Origin: Candidatus Thorarchaeota archaeon
GTDB lineage: Archaea; Asgardarchaeota; Thorarchaeia; Thorarchaeales; Thorarchaeaceae
Direction of reading: 5' to 3'
DNA: 64,000 nt
Assembly (NCBI GenBank): GCA_003345545.1
Contig: PRDH01000044.1
Span: 32,001-96,000, forward strand
How positions within the stretch are numbered: position 1 is the stretch's first letter; each line of letters begins with the position of its first letter. This document shows positions 27,362-37,576 of this stretch, piece by piece. A program made the translations under genes and the position numbers. The notes under the pieces are model-generated. The model was given only the letters and a program-made list of their open reading frames with translations. It did no database searches and was not told the origin of the DNA.

Positions 27362-28510
27362 TCAGATTGCTGTGAAACTCTGTACTGCTTCTTCATCAAG
27401 CTTCTGGAGGACTTCAATGAGAAGTCTGACTGCATTCTCCACATCGTCGAAATCCAGAATCCCGTGATGAGAGTGAATATACCTCGTTGGAATCCCAAGG
27501 AACAGAGATGGTGCGCCCATTCCTGCGAGATGAATAATGCCTGCATCAGTACCCCCAACTTTCAGGAAAGCAGGTTGATGCTTGATCTCTTTCTCTTCTG
27601 CGATATCTAGCACGAATTTGCGGAGTCGAGGATTGGGAACCATCGACCCGTCTCCGGCCGATATTGAAACGCCTTTTCCCATTTTCTGCACAAGGCCTTC
27701 AACGCCGGGCGAGTCACCCGAGATGTCGACGTCCAGAGCGAATCCGACTTGGGGCTTGAGCATCTGTGATGCAGTTCGTGCGCCTCGAAGACCCACTTCC
27801 TCTTGGGTTGTGGATACGAAGTAGACTTCATTGGGGAGAGCTATCTTGTTCTCTGAGATGCGCTTGAGAGCCTCAAGAACTATGAACACTCCGATTCGAT
27901 CATCAAAAGCCTTAGCCACGCCAAGTGTCACGTCGCGGGTCTCTTCTTTGGCATCCTTATCATCTTCTTTCTTTTCTTTTCGAGTTCGCTTCATCAATCG
28001 GAAGGTCGCATGAGGTACCGCGGGGTCACCAACCTCGATACCGAGTTGCTTCACTTCTTCCGCAGAGGAACAACCAATGTCAATGAACATCTTCTCCTTT
28101 GTGACGACCTTCGCTCGGTCTTCTGGAGACAAGATGTGAGGTGGTGTGGCACCAATGACACCTATCACCTTCGCGCCACCCTTGGTGGGATTGATGACTA
28201 CCTCCTGTGACAGCAATGTCTGGTCGAACCAGCCCCCAAGCTGATAAAAGGAAAGGTATCCGTCTTTCTTGATTTCGGTAATGACAAAGCCAATCTCGTC
28301 AACGTGTCCTGCAAGCATGATTTTGGGGCCGCCCTTCCCCTTTCGGAAGATGACCGATCCCAGACCATCATGAAGAACTTCGTCAGCGTACTTCTTGCCG
28401 TAATCTTGAACAATCTTCTGAGCCTCGTGTTCGTAACCACTGGGTCCAAACGAATTACAGAGGGTCTCGAGGAATTTTAAGTCAAGTTTCAAGTCAGTCA
28501 TAGAACTCAT
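27362..28510 (-). CDS. M42 family (TET) aminopeptidase
   Basis: GPSGYE, AGHVDEIG, KAFDDRIG, QEEVGLRGA, GGTDAG, RYIHS; ATG 28510 (or 28501) rather than 28666. Confidence 0.93.
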   Translation of the reverse strand: MSSMTDLKLDLKFLETLCNSFGPSGYEHEAQKIVQDYGKKYADEVLHDGLGSVIFRKGKGGPKIMLAGHVDEIGFVITEIKKDGYLSFYQLGGWFDQTLLSQEVVINPTKGGAKVIGVIGATPPHILSPEDRAKVVTKEKMFIDIGCSSAEEVKQLGIEVGDPAVPHATFRLMKRTRKEKKEDDKDAKEETRDVTLGVAKAFDDRIGVFIVLEALKRISENKIALPNEVYFVSTTQEEVGLRGARTASQMLKPQVGFALDVDISGDSPGVEGLVQKMGKGVSISAGDGSMVPNPRLRKFVLDIAEEKEIKHQPAFLKVGGTDAGIIHLAGMGAPSLFLGIPTRYIHSHHGILDFDDVENAVRLLIEVLQKLDEEAVQSFTAI

Positions 28511-28601
28511 CTCAAACGGTGTAATCAGTACCCAGAAACAACACGTGTCCCTTTTTGTCATTTTTGTATCAGCATGGATGTCAGGGAGCGCACAGCAAGA
28601 T

Positions 28602-29141
28602 TCACTGGAGGGTGTATTTGGCAAGCAAATAGAAGGCCTGCTCCACGTTCTGTCCAGATAGAGCACTTGTCTCTAGGTATCCTGACAGATTGTTCTCCTT
28701 CACGAAGTCAAGCGCCATCTCAGTGGTGATGATCCGATTCTCGACAAGATCCACCTTGTTTGCCAGTAGAATTATGGGAATCCTCTCACCGAGAGAGGTT
28801 TCAGTTTCCTGAATCCACTTGGGCAGCTCAATCCATGTACTCTTTCTTGTACAGTCGAACAATAGAAGAGCACCCTTGCTTCCTCGATAATAACTTCCGC
28901 GGATGAAATCGAACCTCTGTTGACCAGCCAGGTCCCAAACGAGCAGTTTTACGACGACATTGCGGCCATTCGCGGTTTCAACCTCGACAGTCTTCACAGC
29001 GAATTGCGAGCCAATAGTCACGATATACTCCTCAGAAAACTTGTGGGTGAGGAATCGGTTGACAAGTGCGGTCTTTCCACTGCCACCTGCTCCGATCATT
29101 ACGACCTTCCGCATGTAGTCAAAACCGCCGCTACTACTCAA
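28602..29141 (-). CDS. Rab-like small GTPase
   Basis: KVVMIGAGGSGKT, YIVTIGSQF, WDLAGQQRF, SYYRGSKGALLLFD, NKVDL, ETSA; no C-terminal Cys prenylation motif; GGTGAGGTG RBS. Confidence 0.92.
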   Translation of the reverse strand: MSSSGGFDYMRKVVMIGAGGSGKTALVNRFLTHKFSEEYIVTIGSQFAVKTVEVETANGRNVVVKLLVWDLAGQQRFDFIRGSYYRGSKGALLLFDCTRKSTWIELPKWIQETETSLGERIPIILLANKVDLVENRIITTEMALDFVKENNLSGYLETSALSGQNVEQAFYLLAKYTLQ

Positions 29142-29400
29142 GTGTTCACCTCACCCGTTAAGGGGGTCGCATCTGCTCTGGACCATATTCGGACAGGTCA
29201 GAGTGTACACTACCTTGTTCCACCCTTCAGTGTCCTTATTCAAACTTGGATTGTCGGTATTTAGCCATTTCTGGGTTTAATGCCCTGTAGTAACTCATGT
29301 TCTAGAATCAAATGGGAGGAAGTTGGCGCGTTAGTCAACTCGGGCCGAATCAGTTTATATCGTGTCGTACGGGCTCAGCACGTGCAGTGAGGTACAGAAG

Positions 29401-29586
29401 ATGCAACTAGTGACAGTCAAGATGAGCGAGATCTATGTAAGCGGGCTCGACAAGCTCGTTGAGATTGGCATGTACCCATCAAGAAGCGAAGCAATCAGAG
29501 TAGCAATCAGAGACCTCTTGCGACGTGAACTCTGGCCAGAAAACGGTAGCCCACTTACCGAGGAGAACAAGTCAGAGGAGCAATAA
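29401..29586 (+). CDS. ribbon-helix-helix regulator, CdrS/aCcr1-like
   Basis: MQLVTVKM..LDKLVEIGMYPSRSEAIRVAIRDLL; GAGGT RBS before ATG 29401. Confidence 0.85.
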   Translation: MQLVTVKMSEIYVSGLDKLVEIGMYPSRSEAIRVAIRDLLRRELWPENGSPLTEENKSEEQ

Positions 29587-29648
29587 TAGGGGTCCCATGC
29601 CCACAATACACATTAGGAAACATATTAAGTCAAAGTCACAGTCACCAT

Positions 29649-30191
29649 ATGACAAGGAGGATTAGAGGTTTGAACTTCAGAGTCTTCTTCAAGAGCGTCA
29701 AATTCGCTTTCCGCGCCAAGAAACGAGTGATTCCATTCATGATTGTGTATGCCATACTGTTCATTGTTGTCTCAGATGGACTGCTATCGTCAGACTATCT
29801 GTGGTATCTTCTGATGGCATTCATAGTATCCACTTTCTATGCGATTCTTATCTCTCAATTCAGACGGCGAGATATGTCTGTCTTCAAATGCATAGGATGG
29901 GGCAACAATGATGTCATGCTTCTAGTGATAGGAGAAGTACTACTTGTTACGATAGCATCGTTTTTGGCCATGCTTCAAATCAGCTTTGAAATCATGGGAA
30001 TAATCGCATACTTCAGCATTGACCTGGGTTCTGGAACACTCTTCCAAGCAGTATACTATTTCGTGGTCATCGACGCGGTGCCACTATTCACAACTTTCTT
30101 TGTGATTCTGGGACTTCAGATACCAGGCCTATTCATAGCTCAGCGCAGGGCTGTTTCAGTTCCGCCAATGAAGGCATTGAGGGAGGAATAA
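29649..30191 (+). CDS. short FtsX-like ABC permease (no extracytoplasmic domain)
   Basis: RRRDMSVFKCIGW..V..L..GE; C-terminal RA..V.PMKALREE; 4-5 TMs. Confidence 0.75.
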   Translation: MTRRIRGLNFRVFFKSVKFAFRAKKRVIPFMIVYAILFIVVSDGLLSSDYLWYLLMAFIVSTFYAILISQFRRRDMSVFKCIGWGNNDVMLLVIGEVLLVTIASFLAMLQISFEIMGIIAYFSIDLGSGTLFQAVYYFVVIDAVPLFTTFFVILGLQIPGLFIAQRRAVSVPPMKALREE

Positions 30192-30193
30192 AA

Positions 30194-30871
30194 ATGGTAC
30201 AACCAATCATACAGGTTCAGGGAGCTAACAAGGAATTCGGTAAAGGAAAGAACACTGTTGCAGCTCTGAAAGACGTGAACCTCGAGATCCAGAGAGGCGA
30301 ATTCGTGGCCGTTGTCGGTCCGAGTGGATGCGGCAAATCAACCCTGCTTCATGTCATGGCCGGTCTTGAGCAACCGACATCGGGTCGAATACTGGTCGAC
30401 GGAGTCGATGTCACACTCATTAGCGAGAGGGATCTCCCCAAGGTCCGTATGCAGAAGATAGGTTTCGTGTTCCAAGCGTTCCTGCTCATTGAGGACTTGA
30501 CAGCCTATGAGAATGTAGAGGCAGTCCTCTGGCCCAGTGTAGACTATACAAAGGAGAAGCAGGAAGCCAGGACATTGGAAGTCCTGAGAGAAGTCGACAT
30601 GCTAGAGCGTCGCGACCATTTCCCACGACAGATGAGTGGTGGAGAGCAACAACGCATAGCAATAGCAAGAGCATTAGTTAATGGTCCTCCGATTCTGTTC
30701 TGCGATGAGCCTACAGGCAATCTCGACTCAAAGACCGGCGAGAACATTCTGAAAATCATTGCCCAGCTCAACAAGGAGAAGAACATGACAGTCGTTCTTG
30801 TCACCCATAATGAGGAACTCGTGAAGTTTGCCAAGAAGATTCTCCATATGAAAGATGGCGTGGTTAGATAG
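30194..30871 (+). CDS. ABC transporter ATP-binding protein (LolD/MacB/FtsE-like)
   Basis: [35 protein letters not shown]. Confidence 0.95.
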   Translation: MVQPIIQVQGANKEFGKGKNTVAALKDVNLEIQRGEFVAVVGPSGCGKSTLLHVMAGLEQPTSGRILVDGVDVTLISERDLPKVRMQKIGFVFQAFLLIEDLTAYENVEAVLWPSVDYTKEKQEARTLEVLREVDMLERRDHFPRQMSGGEQQRIAIARALVNGPPILFCDEPTGNLDSKTGENILKIIAQLNKEKNMTVVLVTHNEELVKFAKKILHMKDGVVR

Positions 30872-30905
30872 GCAGAAGATCATTGCTTCTGGAGGCAGGA
30901 AACAG

Positions 30906-31739
30906 ATGCAGCCGGCAGATTGCCAGAAGCAAGAGGACCTTGCGGAGAAGCTGGCGACCAGCGGTAGTAATGCTGATGCTATGGCGCAATTCATCAAGGC
31001 AGCCAACTGCTGGAAGGGATGGGAGGTGTTCTCGAAGGCCGCGAATGCCTACGAGAGAGCATACGAACATGGCATGCTATCTCAAAACTACGCAGCGGCG
31101 GCAGCAATAATGATTGAAGCAGGTTCATCTTGGATGAAACAAGGTGAACACGACAAATTCGAGATTGACTGCCAAATCGCCGCGGAGGCATATGTTTCTG
31201 CTGCGGAAGAAGAGAAGGATTTGATCTACTTAGTTGATGGCGCATTCTGCGCAATCACTGGAGGAAATCTGGAGTTCGCTCGTGATTTGATCAAGACCGT
31301 GAGAGAGAGTGCGAAGGGGACCTTGGATGAGATCCTATTCGTAGCCTTGATGCTCAGTGAATATCGATTCGATGACGCGGATCGTGCTATCGAGTCCAAG
31401 CTAGTCAAGACTGTTGATGTAAGTAGGCTCGCAAAGATCAGGAGGACATTCTCGCATGTCTTGGCAGGTTTTGTGCGCTCATCCCTCGAAGCAGAGGCAG
31501 CAGTAACGATTGCGGGTCTGGAACAAAGTACGGGTCTTGAGCGAAAGAAGCTCAGGATGCTGATACAAAAAGGCATACAGGAGGGCCTGATTCCAGCGTA
31601 CTTGGACGAGGAGTCTGACGAACTTGTGGTAGACACAGATCGCTATGACGTTTCAAGCCTTGAAACACGAAAGGGGCCCATAATGAGCCGTGACCTTGAA
31701 GATCCTGGCGCGTGGGACTTGGATCTCGATGAGGACTGA
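30906..31739 (+). CDS. alpha-SNAP-like helical repeat protein with C-terminal PCI-like winged helix
   Basis: [24 protein letters not shown]; [38 protein letters not shown]; ATG 30906 after GGAGG preferred. Confidence 0.65.
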   Translation: MQPADCQKQEDLAEKLATSGSNADAMAQFIKAANCWKGWEVFSKAANAYERAYEHGMLSQNYAAAAAIMIEAGSSWMKQGEHDKFEIDCQIAAEAYVSAAEEEKDLIYLVDGAFCAITGGNLEFARDLIKTVRESAKGTLDEILFVALMLSEYRFDDADRAIESKLVKTVDVSRLAKIRRTFSHVLAGFVRSSLEAEAAVTIAGLEQSTGLERKKLRMLIQKGIQEGLIPAYLDEESDELVVDTDRYDVSSLETRKGPIMSRDLEDPGAWDLDLDED

Positions 31740-31849
31740 ACTCTAGAGCCCATGCCTGTACGTACAAGCAATGTGACTCCCCTAGAAAACGTTTTTAATC
31801 CCGTTGCTGACTCTCACACTGCCCGCCCATGTCACGGCAGGTGGTTCTA

Positions 31850-32065
31850 ATGGCTGAAGGGCTAAAATGGTTCCAGTGTCCGGTCTGCAAAGAGTCGATA
31901 CACTGGGAAGTACCAACAGATGAGCTCAAGGAAGTGAAACGATTTCCAGCCCCTATTGTGATCAAACACAAGAACCACTATCTCATCTGCTATTTGGATA
32001 GCCATCGCCAACTTGCAGATACTGAGGTTGCTATTGCTTTTATCAAAGGTGAATCCAAAGAGTAG
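31850..32065 (+). CDS. small Zn-finger-like protein
   Basis: FQCPVC...IKHKNH..ICYLD; ATG 31850 after AGGTGG. Confidence 0.7.
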   Translation: MAEGLKWFQCPVCKESIHWEVPTDELKEVKRFPAPIVIKHKNHYLICYLDSHRQLADTEVAIAFIKGESKE

Positions 32066-32075
32066 CACAGTCTAC

Positions 32076-32612
32076 CTAGTCGATGCCGTTATCCATTGCC
32101 CATTCCAGCACTCGCGATGCCTGAGCACTCGCCATTCCCCAGGATTTCAGATTCAGAACAAGATTTCGAATTCCCGTGATCCAATCATCCAGCAATTCCT
32201 TGATTCGGAGATGTATTCCAGAGTCTTCAGTCTCATTATAGATTGGCAGTATCTTGTCGACCAGACTCTGAGAGAGAACTAAGATTGTTTCCAAGCGAGC
32301 TATCCATTCTTCTCTTGGTAGACCTGTGAGAGTCTGCGCTACCGCAAGATGATAGTCATACTGAGCTGTATAGTATCGTAGACGCCACGAGAGAAACTCA
32401 ACAAACACGGTCTTGTGAGCAGTAGTCGGTGCTGTCTTCATCAGGAGGGTAAGAAAACGCTGTGTCATCTCATCAGCGGACTGGCTGGCATCGAAGTATA
32501 GCGCCATTGCTTGTTGATATTGTTCCTCAGTCAGGCATTCATCAGCTCGGCCGACTGCATTCTTGAAGCGTTCAAGAAGCGCCCGTGTCTTGTTGCCTTC
32601 GATATCCTGCAA
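32076..32612 (-). CDS. hypothetical all-helical protein
   Basis: 178-aa ORF, GGAGGTG RBS before TTG. Confidence 0.72.
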   Translation of the reverse strand: MQDIEGNKTRALLERFKNAVGRADECLTEEQYQQAMALYFDASQSADEMTQRFLTLLMKTAPTTAHKTVFVEFLSWRLRYYTAQYDYHLAVAQTLTGLPREEWIARLETILVLSQSLVDKILPIYNETEDSGIHLRIKELLDDWITGIRNLVLNLKSWGMASAQASRVLEWAMDNGID

Positions 32613-32792
32613 GACCTGCTTTCACCTCCATTACACCGCTTTGAAATGCCGAAGAAACATATTGGGGACCTATGTGTCTGGTGCTATCCATTGGCACGTA
32701 GACATGTCAGTCTAGACTACTTCGACTCAACTGTGTAAGTTCATGTTTCTCATTCTAATAAGATGTTATGTAGTTCCTATTAGAACGCCTTT

Positions 32793-33767
32793 TCAGAGCG
32801 GGGGCATGTTCCGTACCTTATGTTCCTCACTAGCTCGGGACCAAGTGAGAAACTCCTCACCTGGCGGTTTGTTTCTGTATAACTCTGACCGTTCAGCTTC
32901 GAAGCACCTATTCGCTTGACCCGCGAGAGCTGCCATTGTCATTGTCCTATTTCCGGATTCTTCAGCCACATTTAGCACCGGACGTATCCAATCATTCCAA
33001 GTAGAGTCACGCATATTGTGATGATCCACAACCAGAGTGGGTACTACAGACGCAAGGTTTGACAGTGAGTAGAGGGCAGATTGAGTTTCATCCTTGCTGA
33101 GTCTGCTCAGGTAAGTAGGCGGGCCGCCAACAATCGCCAAATTGGGTTCTTGAGACAAAAAGTAGGATAGGGTGTCACGGTCAATCGGCCCTTGAACATC
33201 AGGAGCAAAGAGAAACCGAGTTCTATTGTATTCAATTGTTGTAGTAAGCACGTACCCAAGAGCACTATCGACCGACCCATGTGGCAATGGCTGTGAGTAT
33301 GTAATCGTCGTATCGCCAAATGTGAACTGTCTTCCATCCGCCCACTGGAGATCTTTGACGACAGACTTGATGTCTTTTTGAAAGAAGAAGCCCCGTCGCC
33401 TCTGAGACGGGTTGATGTTCTCGCGATAATCCTTCGCATAGACAACCTTGCCCATCAGGGTCTCCTTTCTTTCATCCTGGGTACTGAAATTATAGAGGTA
33501 ATTAGTAAATCCTGGACGCACATGGTCATAGTGATAGTGTGAGATGGAGACAATGTCGACCTCTTCCGTGGCAGCTCTTATTCGTTCAAGAGAGTCTTGC
33601 AGCGCCAAGTATTCCATTGGATGTGGTTCAAGACCATACCGTCTGGCAAGGGCTGCAGAGGGGTCAAAGAGGACACTCACGTCGGGTGTTCTTACCAGTG
33701 TACATAGCGACCGAATACCTAGACTCTCGGCAGCTAAAGGGGATACTTCAATCTCATCGATGTTCAT
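32793..33767 (-). CDS. UPF0282-type MBL-fold metallo-hydrolase
   Basis: AAESLGIRS, ISHYHYDH, INPSQRRR, PHG, DVQGP, GGPPTY, DHH.MRD. Confidence 0.85.
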   Translation of the reverse strand: MNIDEIEVSPLAAESLGIRSLCTLVRTPDVSVLFDPSAALARRYGLEPHPMEYLALQDSLERIRAATEEVDIVSISHYHYDHVRPGFTNYLYNFSTQDERKETLMGKVVYAKDYRENINPSQRRRGFFFQKDIKSVVKDLQWADGRQFTFGDTTITYSQPLPHGSVDSALGYVLTTTIEYNRTRFLFAPDVQGPIDRDTLSYFLSQEPNLAIVGGPPTYLSRLSKDETQSALYSLSNLASVVPTLVVDHHNMRDSTWNDWIRPVLNVAEESGNRTMTMAALAGQANRCFEAERSELYRNKPPGEEFLTWSRASEEHKVRNMPPL

Positions 33768-34266
33768 TGGTAGACGCCCTGTAGTATACTAAATGATACC
33801 CTTTATCATCATGCAGAAGTTCTGCTTCATGCATTTGAGGTCCTCTACTCCTCTGCAGAAATCGTTTGAACATCTCAAGATCCGATGGCAAGAATTGCGC
33901 ACATGCAGCCTCAATCTCCTCCTTCTTGAACAGTGAGAGGCTTCCCTCTCTATGGTCTGTCTTGAAATCATCAATGATAGCCAGTCCGACGAAGATTAGA
34001 AAATGCGCAGAGAGGTTTCCGCGACTATCAACGAGGCGTTCCGACACCATTCCACGATACTCATAGTCACGGACGTGTTTTGCCCCCGTTTCTTCCTTGA
34101 CCTCTCTTATCCCTGCGGCTTGTATATGTTCACCGAGTGCAACCTTTCCCCCGACAAGACTCCAAAGACCCTCGTAAGGAGGACTTCGACGCTTCAAGAA
34201 TAGGTAGCTGTCCTTGTAGGGGAGAATAGTGATTGCTATTGGCACCAACTTCGTCTGTCCATCCAC
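33754..34266 (-). CDS. NUDIX hydrolase
   Basis: GGKVALGEHIQAAGIREVKEETG Nudix box. Confidence 0.9.
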   Translation of the reverse strand: MDGQTKLVPIAITILPYKDSYLFLKRRSPPYEGLWSLVGGKVALGEHIQAAGIREVKEETGAKHVRDYEYRGMVSERLVDSRGNLSAHFLIFVGLAIIDDFKTDHREGSLSLFKKEEIEAACAQFLPSDLEMFKRFLQRSRGPQMHEAELLHDDKGYHLVYYRASTNEHR

Positions 34267-34376
34267 CTCTGTTCACTCACGAGTGCCTTAGAGGTCTGTA
34301 ACTGGCTTTAAACATGCGGGACTTACAACGAGGCTAACATTCTTAGGATGCTCCGAGGACGTGATAATGGGTATAC

Positions 34377-35852
34377 ATGTTGTCCGACCTGTTGCCAGAC
34401 TCGGTCAGAGAGCGAGTTCTTGAGCAAATCACGCCAACCAAGGAAGAGGTACAGAACCAGAAGAGAGTGATAAAACGGCTGACCTCAGTCCTCGCCAAAC
34501 AGGCAGAGTCATGCGAATACCCATACTCCTTCATCGACGCACAGGGATCAACAGGGAGAAAACAGACTCAGCTCAGAGGTGCATCAGATATCGATCTCTT
34601 CGTTGGTCTTAGACCAGAGGACTATCCAGATGTTCTTGACCAACCACAGCAAGACAGACATCAGGCCGTTGATTCACTCATGAACAACTTAGTGGACGAG
34701 TGGTTCGCGCCAGCTATCGCCCATCTCGATGTTGAGAAGGTGCAGAGAGCGTTCTCGCAGCATCCCTTTCTCAGTCTCAGAACGCAGGGGCTAGACGTAG
34801 ACATTCTGGGCTGCTTTGATATTGACGCCGACACGCTTGCCAGTCAGGGGCCTATCACCGCTGTCGACAGGACCGTTCATCATTCACGGTACGTGTCAGA
34901 ACACTTGACCAGAAAGAAGCGAGAAGATGCACGTATTCTCAAGTCATTCGTCAGAGCAGGTCATGCCTACGGGGATACATGCGCAGTCGGAAGAATGGGA
35001 TTGACAGGCGTTTCACTCGAACTCATGGTTGTGGACGCACCGAATCTTGATAGTGCCTTTTACAAACTTCAACATCTTGATACAGAACCTCTCGACCCAC
35101 TGAAGCGGACGCTCAGCGACCTGAGAAAGGTACCAGCTTTTCGTGAGGATTATGTCTTTGTAATCGACCCGACAGACGTGAGCAGAAACGTCGCATCTAG
35201 CTTCAGTCCCAGGTCATATCGATGGATACAGCATAGGACAGCCAGATTTCGGGACTTCCTGGCTTCGAGTGATCAAGAGGCAATTGTCAACGAACTAATC
35301 GAAGCACCAATTCCAGACGAGGATTTGCCCAAATGGCTCAGGCCCCATAGCTTCGCGTGCGAATTCGTATCAGATGGAACAACTCATTATACCATTCTTC
35401 GAGACAAGATGCATCGTATGGCCAAGAAACTGCAGACTGAAATGACAAATGAACGAACGGGGGAACCAAGATTTGGCGAAGTTCTCACCGAGGTCTATTT
35501 CAGAGACGATCTCTACGCCCTTGGACTACTCATCGAACACCCCATAATAACACCAACGTACTTTCGTAGGGGGCCTCCTGTTCATCTGGAAACTGCAGCA
35601 GCAGAATTCACATCAGCGCATCCTGAAGCCATGATGGTAGATGGATATCTCTGCTCGGAGGAGAGGAGAGAGTGGACGCGTGCGAATGACATGATTGAAG
35701 ACTTTCTTGGCAAGAATCCCATAGAAGGACTCTCACAAGTGGCGAAACAGAGTGTTCTTACAAAACAGGTTCTCAATGTCCTCTACAGGTATGTACTTCC
35801 TATAGAACCACAGTTTCATGAGAGAATGACAAGAGTTAAGCCTAGACAATAG
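34377..35852 (+). CDS. cca: archaeal (class I) CCA-adding tRNA nucleotidyltransferase
   Basis: GS....T.L.G.SDIDLF, QHPF, VDI, TAVDRT..H, RILKSF....AYG, IDPTD..RNVAS, GPP. Confidence 0.88.
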   Translation: MLSDLLPDSVRERVLEQITPTKEEVQNQKRVIKRLTSVLAKQAESCEYPYSFIDAQGSTGRKQTQLRGASDIDLFVGLRPEDYPDVLDQPQQDRHQAVDSLMNNLVDEWFAPAIAHLDVEKVQRAFSQHPFLSLRTQGLDVDILGCFDIDADTLASQGPITAVDRTVHHSRYVSEHLTRKKREDARILKSFVRAGHAYGDTCAVGRMGLTGVSLELMVVDAPNLDSAFYKLQHLDTEPLDPLKRTLSDLRKVPAFREDYVFVIDPTDVSRNVASSFSPRSYRWIQHRTARFRDFLASSDQEAIVNELIEAPIPDEDLPKWLRPHSFACEFVSDGTTHYTILRDKMHRMAKKLQTEMTNERTGEPRFGEVLTEVYFRDDLYALGLLIEHPIITPTYFRRGPPVHLETAAAEFTSAHPEAMMVDGYLCSEERREWTRANDMIEDFLGKNPIEGLSQVAKQSVLTKQVLNVLYRYVLPIEPQFHERMTRVKPRQ

Positions 35853-35863
35853 AGTGTCTTCGT

Positions 35864-36964
35864 GTGATTGATGTGCCCGAGAATAAGATTGCATTCATCT
35901 CCCACCCCAAAGCGAGTATGCATCAGATGCCATTCCCAAAGCCGCACCTTGAGTCTTTCGAGAATCCATTACGGTACCAGATGGCCGAGAGGTATTTGGA
36001 AAAGAAAGGAATACTCAACCAAACAGTGAGGCTCAGAGCACCTCGTGCAAACACGAAAGATATCTTACTTGTACACTCACCATACCTTGTCGACAGCGTT
36101 GAAATTCTCTCCAACATTGGAACAGGTCAACTCGGAGAGTCGGCCTACGCCAGTCCGGGTCTTTTTCAAACAGCACTTCTTGCAGTGGGAGGAGCAATGA
36201 AGGGAACTGATGTTGTACTTTCAGGAAACGTCAAGCACGCCTTTGTGTTCATGAGACCTCCTGGTCACCATGCAACAACCTCAGATCCGGCGGGGCTATG
36301 CTACTTCAATAATGTCGCTATCGCGACGAAACATGTGATGCAGAATGAACGAGTTCACCGCGTTTCAATTGTCGATTTTGATGATCATCATGGCAATGGT
36401 ACATCCGAGATTTTCTACACGAATCCGAATGTCCAATATATCTCATTTCACGAGTATGACTATGAAAACTTCGGATTAGGCCACTATACAGAGGTAGGGT
36501 ATGGTGAGGGGAAAGGGACTAACATCAATATTCCTCTTGTTGAAACATCCCCTGACACTTCGTACAAAACAGCAATCAAACGTGTACTGGAACCTGCACT
36601 CAACGCGTTCAAACCCCAACTTATCATGGTTTCAGCTGGATACGACGCACATTATGCTGACCCTGTGGGCAACATGGATGTTGATTCAAGAACCTACTGG
36701 GAATTTGGTGACTCGATTCGCAGGATGGTCCAATCACTGAACGCATTGGGCTCCGTATGGGTCCTAGAGGGTGGCTACAATCCATTCGCCCTCGGTCCGT
36801 CAATCGAGGCAAGTCTGGATGGACTGGCTGGCAGGCAAAGGCCGGCACTTGAAGACCAAGTAGAACGAGAGAGCAACCCACTTATTCTGGAATCAAACGA
36901 CGAGATAATCGATAAGGTACTTGAAACCGTCACACCCTACTGGGCAAAGAAGAAGACTAGCTAG
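35864..36964 (+). CDS. Zn-dependent histone deacetylase family protein
   Basis: ENPLR, RPPGHHA, GLCYFNN, DFDDHHGNGT, SAGYDAH, LEGGY. Confidence 0.93.
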   Translation: MIDVPENKIAFISHPKASMHQMPFPKPHLESFENPLRYQMAERYLEKKGILNQTVRLRAPRANTKDILLVHSPYLVDSVEILSNIGTGQLGESAYASPGLFQTALLAVGGAMKGTDVVLSGNVKHAFVFMRPPGHHATTSDPAGLCYFNNVAIATKHVMQNERVHRVSIVDFDDHHGNGTSEIFYTNPNVQYISFHEYDYENFGLGHYTEVGYGEGKGTNINIPLVETSPDTSYKTAIKRVLEPALNAFKPQLIMVSAGYDAHYADPVGNMDVDSRTYWEFGDSIRRMVQSLNALGSVWVLEGGYNPFALGPSIEASLDGLAGRQRPALEDQVERESNPLILESNDEIIDKVLETVTPYWAKKKTS

Positions 36965-36976
36965 CAGGTTTGCCGT

Positions 36977-37576
36977 ATGCAACTCGATTCAGGACGCACT
37001 GTGCTGAGATTCATTCAGCTTCTGCCAGCAGTTTCTGCTTCAGGCGATTTTCCTCTTAGAGACCTACCAGGAATAGGCAAGCGTGTTGATGTATTATGTC
37101 GTGACTTGGCAGCATGCTTTGACTGGGGTCCTTCTGATTGGCCTCTCAGCCAACTTGAGTTGAGTGCCCTATTCAGTGACCAAGTCCTTCTGACCTTCCA
37201 GACACCGAATGAGAGAATGCCAATAGGCGAACGAGGATGGGCAATGGTTGTCAAGAATGCATTGCAGGGAAACCCACCCGACTATGTCAGGGTCACACAG
37301 GACAATCTTGAGTCTATGATCAGAAACGTCAATCAGCCATCAAGATCGCAGCTGTGGGTACTTCATGAAGAGGGAAAACACTTTAGGGACTGCAAGATAC
37401 AGGTTTCTGGAACGAAGAACAGTTTTATGCTCGGAGACTATAGAGGCTTTGATTCCCGTGCAGAGGAGCTCGTATCGAAGTATGGCCTGCCGAGAATATC
37501 ACTGGGAGGAACAAGCTATCTCAGCAGCCACTGCGTCGCTTCAGTTATCTCAAAATTTGAAAGGATGGTCAAATGA
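36977..37576 (+). CDS. trmY: TrmY-like SPOUT tRNA (pseudouridine54-N1) methyltransferase
   Basis: F.L.DLPG..KRVDVLCR, ER, LHEEG, FMLGDYRGF, ISLG..SY.SSHC; divergent. Confidence 0.7.
   Translation: MQLDSGRTVLRFIQLLPAVSASGDFPLRDLPGIGKRVDVLCRDLAACFDWGPSDWPLSQLELSALFSDQVLLTFQTPNERMPIGERGWAMVVKNALQGNPPDYVRVTQDNLESMIRNVNQPSRSQLWVLHEEGKHFRDCKIQVSGTKNSFMLGDYRGFDSRAEELVSKYGLPRISLGGTSYLSSHCVASVISKFERMVK

Noticed and set aside
27362-28666. Extended M42 start overlapping the Rab-like gene
   Set aside because: The extra ~52 residues are non-homologous; the family N-terminus begins near ATG 28510/28501
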